A stretch of DNA of 64,000 bases from assembly GCA_963782715.1 (NCBI GenBank), contig CAWAKU010000003.1, positions 3,259 to 67,258 of the forward strand, in the 5' to 3' direction. Each line of letters begins with the position of its first letter. Position 1 is the first letter of the stretch. Shown in pieces: positions 61,481 through 64,000 of the stretch. This DNA comes from an uncultured Chloroflexia bacterium (GTDB lineage: Bacteria > Chloroflexota > Limnocylindria > Limnocylindrales > CSP1-4). A model generated the notes under the pieces. That model searched no databases. It was not told the origin of the DNA and saw only the letters and a list, made by a program, of their open reading frames with translations. The position numbers were made by a program, and so were the translations under genes.

Positions 61481-62341
61481 TCAGTCTAGCGCGGCGACGA
61501 CGTCCGCCAGCGTCGGCGCGACCGCGTCGGGGCCGCGGCCGCGGGTCCGCGAGGCCGCTGCACGCTCGGCGTCGGCGGCCGACGTCTTGCCCGACAGGAC
61601 GAGCACGCCGCGCAGGCCGACGCGCTGGGCGGCGGCCACGTCGGCCCGCGGATCGTCGCCGACCATCGCGAACGCCGACCGCGGCAGGCGCTCACCGAGA
61701 TCGGCGGCGAGGCCGGCGATAGCCTGCCGGAACACGACCGGCGAGGGCTTGCCGAGCGTCCGGGCGCGGCACCCGGTCGCGAACTCGAGCCCGACGACGA
61801 ACGCCCCGGCGTCGAGGGTGATCCCCCGCCGGGTCAGCCACCACGGATTGCGATGCATGGCCAGCAGCTCCGCGCCACCGTGGACGAGCCGGAATGCCAC
61901 GTCCATGTTCCGGTACGACAGCTCGTCGCCCGCGTCGCCGATGACGACCGCCGCCACCGATCCCTCCGGCAGTGCGTCCGCCTCGTCCGCGCTCACGAGC
62001 TGCTGGCCGTCGAACTCGCGTCGCGCGTCGCTGGCGGCGAGCACGAACAGCGGTCGGCCGGCATGTCGGGCCGCGGTATAGGCCGCGGTGGCCGAGGTCG
62101 CCGTGATGATCCGGTCGGGCTCGACCCGCAGGCCGCCCTTGCCGAACCAGTCGGCGAGCGTCTCGCGATGGAGCTGCGAGAAGTTGGTCACGACCCGGAA
62201 CGGGATGCCACGCGCCTCGAGCGAGCGGACCGCCTCGACCGAACCCGGCAGCGGGGCCGCCTGCAGGACGAGCACGCCGTCGGCATCGAGCACGAGACCG
62301 CGCACCCCGTGAAGCGCCGCCCGGAGACCGTTCTGCGTCAT
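61481..62341 (-). CDS. HAD-superfamily subfamily IIA hydrolase (NagD/CECR5-like)
   Basis: 286 aa with HAD motif I LVLDADGVL and motif IV MVGDDPRADV. Confidence 0.8.
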   Translation of the reverse strand: MTQNGLRAALHGVRGLVLDADGVLVLQAAPLPGSVEAVRSLEARGIPFRVVTNFSQLHRETLADWFGKGGLRVEPDRIITATSATAAYTAARHAGRPLFVLAASDARREFDGQQLVSADEADALPEGSVAAVVIGDAGDELSYRNMDVAFRLVHGGAELLAMHRNPWWLTRRGITLDAGAFVVGLEFATGCRARTLGKPSPVVFRQAIAGLAADLGERLPRSAFAMVGDDPRADVAAAQRVGLRGVLVLSGKTSAADAERAAASRTRGRGPDAVAPTLADVVAALD

Positions 62342-62385
62342 CGCGCGATGGTAGGCTGCCGGGCGACGACACGCTGGAGGACCGG

Positions 62386-63165
62386 ATGGGACTGCTCGAC
62401 GGCAAGACGGCGCTCATCTTCGGCGTCGCCAACGACCATTCGATCGCCTGGGGGATCGCCCAGGCGCTCCACGCGGAAGGCGCCGAGGTCGGCTTCTCGT
62501 CGGTCGAGAGCCTCGTCGAGAAGCGGGTGCGCCCGCTGGCCGAGTCGATCGGGTCGACCTTCGTCGAGCCGTGCGACGTCGGCTCGGACGAGCAGATCGC
62601 GGCGGTCTTCGCGCGCTGGGCCGAGACGCACGACTCGCTCGACATCCTCGTGCACGCGCTGGCGTTCGCGCGACGCGAGGACCTCGAAGGCGGCTTCCTC
62701 GACACGTCGCGCGAGGGGTTCGCGCTCGCGCTCGACATCTCCGCCTACTCGCTGGTCGCGCTCACCCGGGAAGCGCGGCCGCTGCTGCGACGCGGCTCAT
62801 CGGTCATCACTTTGACCTACCTCGGCGCCGAGCGGGTCGTCGCCAACTACAACGTGATGGGCGTGGCCAAGGCCGCCCTCGAGGCGTCCGTGCGCTACCT
62901 CGCGGCGGACCTCGGCCCGGACGGGGTACGGGTCAACGCCATCTCGGCCGGTCCGGTCCGGACGCTGGCGGCCGCGGGGATCGCCGGGTTCAAGGGGATG
63001 TATCGGGGCTTCGCCGACATCGCGCCGTTACGTGCCCACATCACGCCCGAGGACGTCGGCCGCTCGGCGCTCTATCTCGCGTCGGACCTGTCCAGTGCCG
63101 TGACCGGCGAGGTCCTCTACGTCGACGGCGGGTTCAGCATCATGAGCGCCCCATCCGGGGACTGA
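62386..63165 (+). CDS. fabI: enoyl-[acyl-carrier-protein] reductase (NADH)
   Basis: 259 aa. It has a GGAGGA Shine-Dalgarno sequence, the N-terminus LLDGKTALIFGVANDHSIAWGIA, and the Y-x6-K region (NVMGVAKAALE). Confidence 0.9.
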   Translation: MGLLDGKTALIFGVANDHSIAWGIAQALHAEGAEVGFSSVESLVEKRVRPLAESIGSTFVEPCDVGSDEQIAAVFARWAETHDSLDILVHALAFARREDLEGGFLDTSREGFALALDISAYSLVALTREARPLLRRGSSVITLTYLGAERVVANYNVMGVAKAALEASVRYLAADLGPDGVRVNAISAGPVRTLAAAGIAGFKGMYRGFADIAPLRAHITPEDVGRSALYLASDLSSAVTGEVLYVDGGFSIMSAPSGD

Positions 63166-63183
63166 CACGACCCAGCCGCTCCC

Positions 63184-63684
63184 CTACCAGCCGAACGACC
63201 CCGGCTCGCCCTTGATCGGCCCGACGATCTTCGCCGTCACCCAGCCGCCATAGAAGTTGCCTGGCTGCGGCGTCGCCCGTTCGTCGCCGACCCACGCCTC
63301 GTCCACTCGGCCGGCGTAGAAGGCGAGGTGGTCGCGGATGGCTTCGTATCGGGGGTTCGGGGTCGCGTAGGACCAGGCGACGTTCTCGATCATCCGGCCG
63401 CTCGACCCGACATACCGGTGATAGGTCGCGTCGCCCTTCCACTCGCAGAACGACCCGTGCGGGCTCGGTCGGAGCAGGCCCATCCGGACGTCGTCAGGCG
63501 GGAAGTAGTAGACCGGCGCCCCGGCCGTCTCGAGCACCCGGTAGCCCCGGACGGTCTCGGCCAGGACCTCACCGTCGACCACGACGCGCAGCCGCTCCGG
63601 CACTGCCTCGACCCGCGGCGGGCGCGGGTAATCCCAGACCGATTCCTGGCCGGGACCGGGCACGACGCGTTCGACCGTCGCCAT
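63184..63684 (-). CDS. DUF427 domain protein
   Basis: The ATG at 63684 overlaps the Fur-family stop. The 166-aa product contains the blocks YYFPPDDV and CEWKGDATY. Confidence 0.7.
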   Translation of the reverse strand: MATVERVVPGPGQESVWDYPRPPRVEAVPERLRVVVDGEVLAETVRGYRVLETAGAPVYYFPPDDVRMGLLRPSPHGSFCEWKGDATYHRYVGSSGRMIENVAWSYATPNPRYEAIRDHLAFYAGRVDEAWVGDERATPQPGNFYGGWVTAKIVGPIKGEPGSFGW

Positions 63685-64000
63685 CAGTCGGCGGCCGTCG
63701 GGGCGCAATCCGAGCAGCGGCCGGCGATCGACAGGTGGCTGAGATCGACCGTGAACGCTCGTCGTCTTGCCAGGGTCGCCACCAGCGACGACGCCTCATC
63801 CGCCCCGATCTCCCATGTCGTCCCGCAGCCGATGCAGTGGAGATGACCGTGTGCCGCGGTCGGGCGAATGTGGAATTCCTCGCGGCCGTCCGCGCCGTGA
63901 CTGTGGCTGAGCAGGCCCAGCTCCTCGAGCACGTCCAGCGTCCGGTAGACCGTGGACGGGATCGTCGTCGGGTCCACCTCGCGGCAGCGCTCGACGAGTT
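63684..64000 (-). CDS. Fur family metalloregulator, 3' portion (5' end outside window)
   Basis: The frame stays open to the window edge (...LVERCREVDPTTIPSTVYRTLDVLEELGLL). The metal motifs are HGHLHCIGCG and a C-terminal CSDC. Confidence 0.8.
   Translation of the reverse strand, partial: LVERCREVDPTTIPSTVYRTLDVLEELGLLSHSHGADGREEFHIRPTAAHGHLHCIGCGTTWEIGADEASSLVATLARRRAFTVDLSHLSIAGRCSDCAPTAAD

Noticed and set aside
1-64000. Mobile elements, prophage, CRISPR arrays, toxin-antitoxin or known phage-defence systems.
   Set aside because: I saw no transposase, integrase, recombinase or Cas-like ORFs. There are no regularly spaced short repeats and no compositional island apart from short AT-rich promoter patches. 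The PLD-family protein at 19376-20707 has a membrane anchor and cardiolipin-synthase-like length rather than a nuclease-defence context.

Overview
This is a high-GC (roughly 70% by eye), densely coding chromosomal segment from an actinobacterium-like organism. It holds about 65 genes, many joined by ATGA/GTGA/TGATG start-stop overlaps. I saw no rRNA, tRNA, CRISPR array, transposase, integrase or phage genes, so it reads as core chromosome rather than an island. From left to right the blocks are: a MoaD/CysO-like GG protein tail followed by a cbs-GNAT-cystathionine gamma-lyase operon; lgt plus two PlsC-type acyltransferases and a relic of a third; an ECF sigma with a zinc anti-sigma factor; a ferritin-VIT1 fusion; sufB-sufD-Rieske; membrane and stress proteins; a PLD enzyme; a MarR-RND-AI-2E operon; two tandem ECF sigma plus membrane-anchored Kelch propeller modules; TetR-MMPL; an ArsR-DsrE-TusA-DsrE-TusA-SQR sulfur-relay operon; a ten-gene group-3b-type [NiFe]-hydrogenase operon; CoA-transferase, gabT and aldehyde dehydrogenase genes; fabI; and DUF427 with Fur. 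The best candidates for new biology are (1) the hydrogenase operon, which carries a fused HydB-HydG subunit, a stand-alone cNMP-binding protein, a cofactor-motif-degenerate PFOR-like protein, a CBS pair, an EamA exporter and an unknown protein; (2) the duplicated ECF sigma/Kelch-propeller modules, whose Kelch proteins lack a recognisable anti-sigma motif; and (3) the sulfur-relay operon under a two-Cys ArsR regulator. At least six otherwise intact genes, including sufB and sufD, are interrupted by single-base frame changes. Sequence error is the simplest explanation, and these breaks account for the giant composite ORFs in the ORF track.
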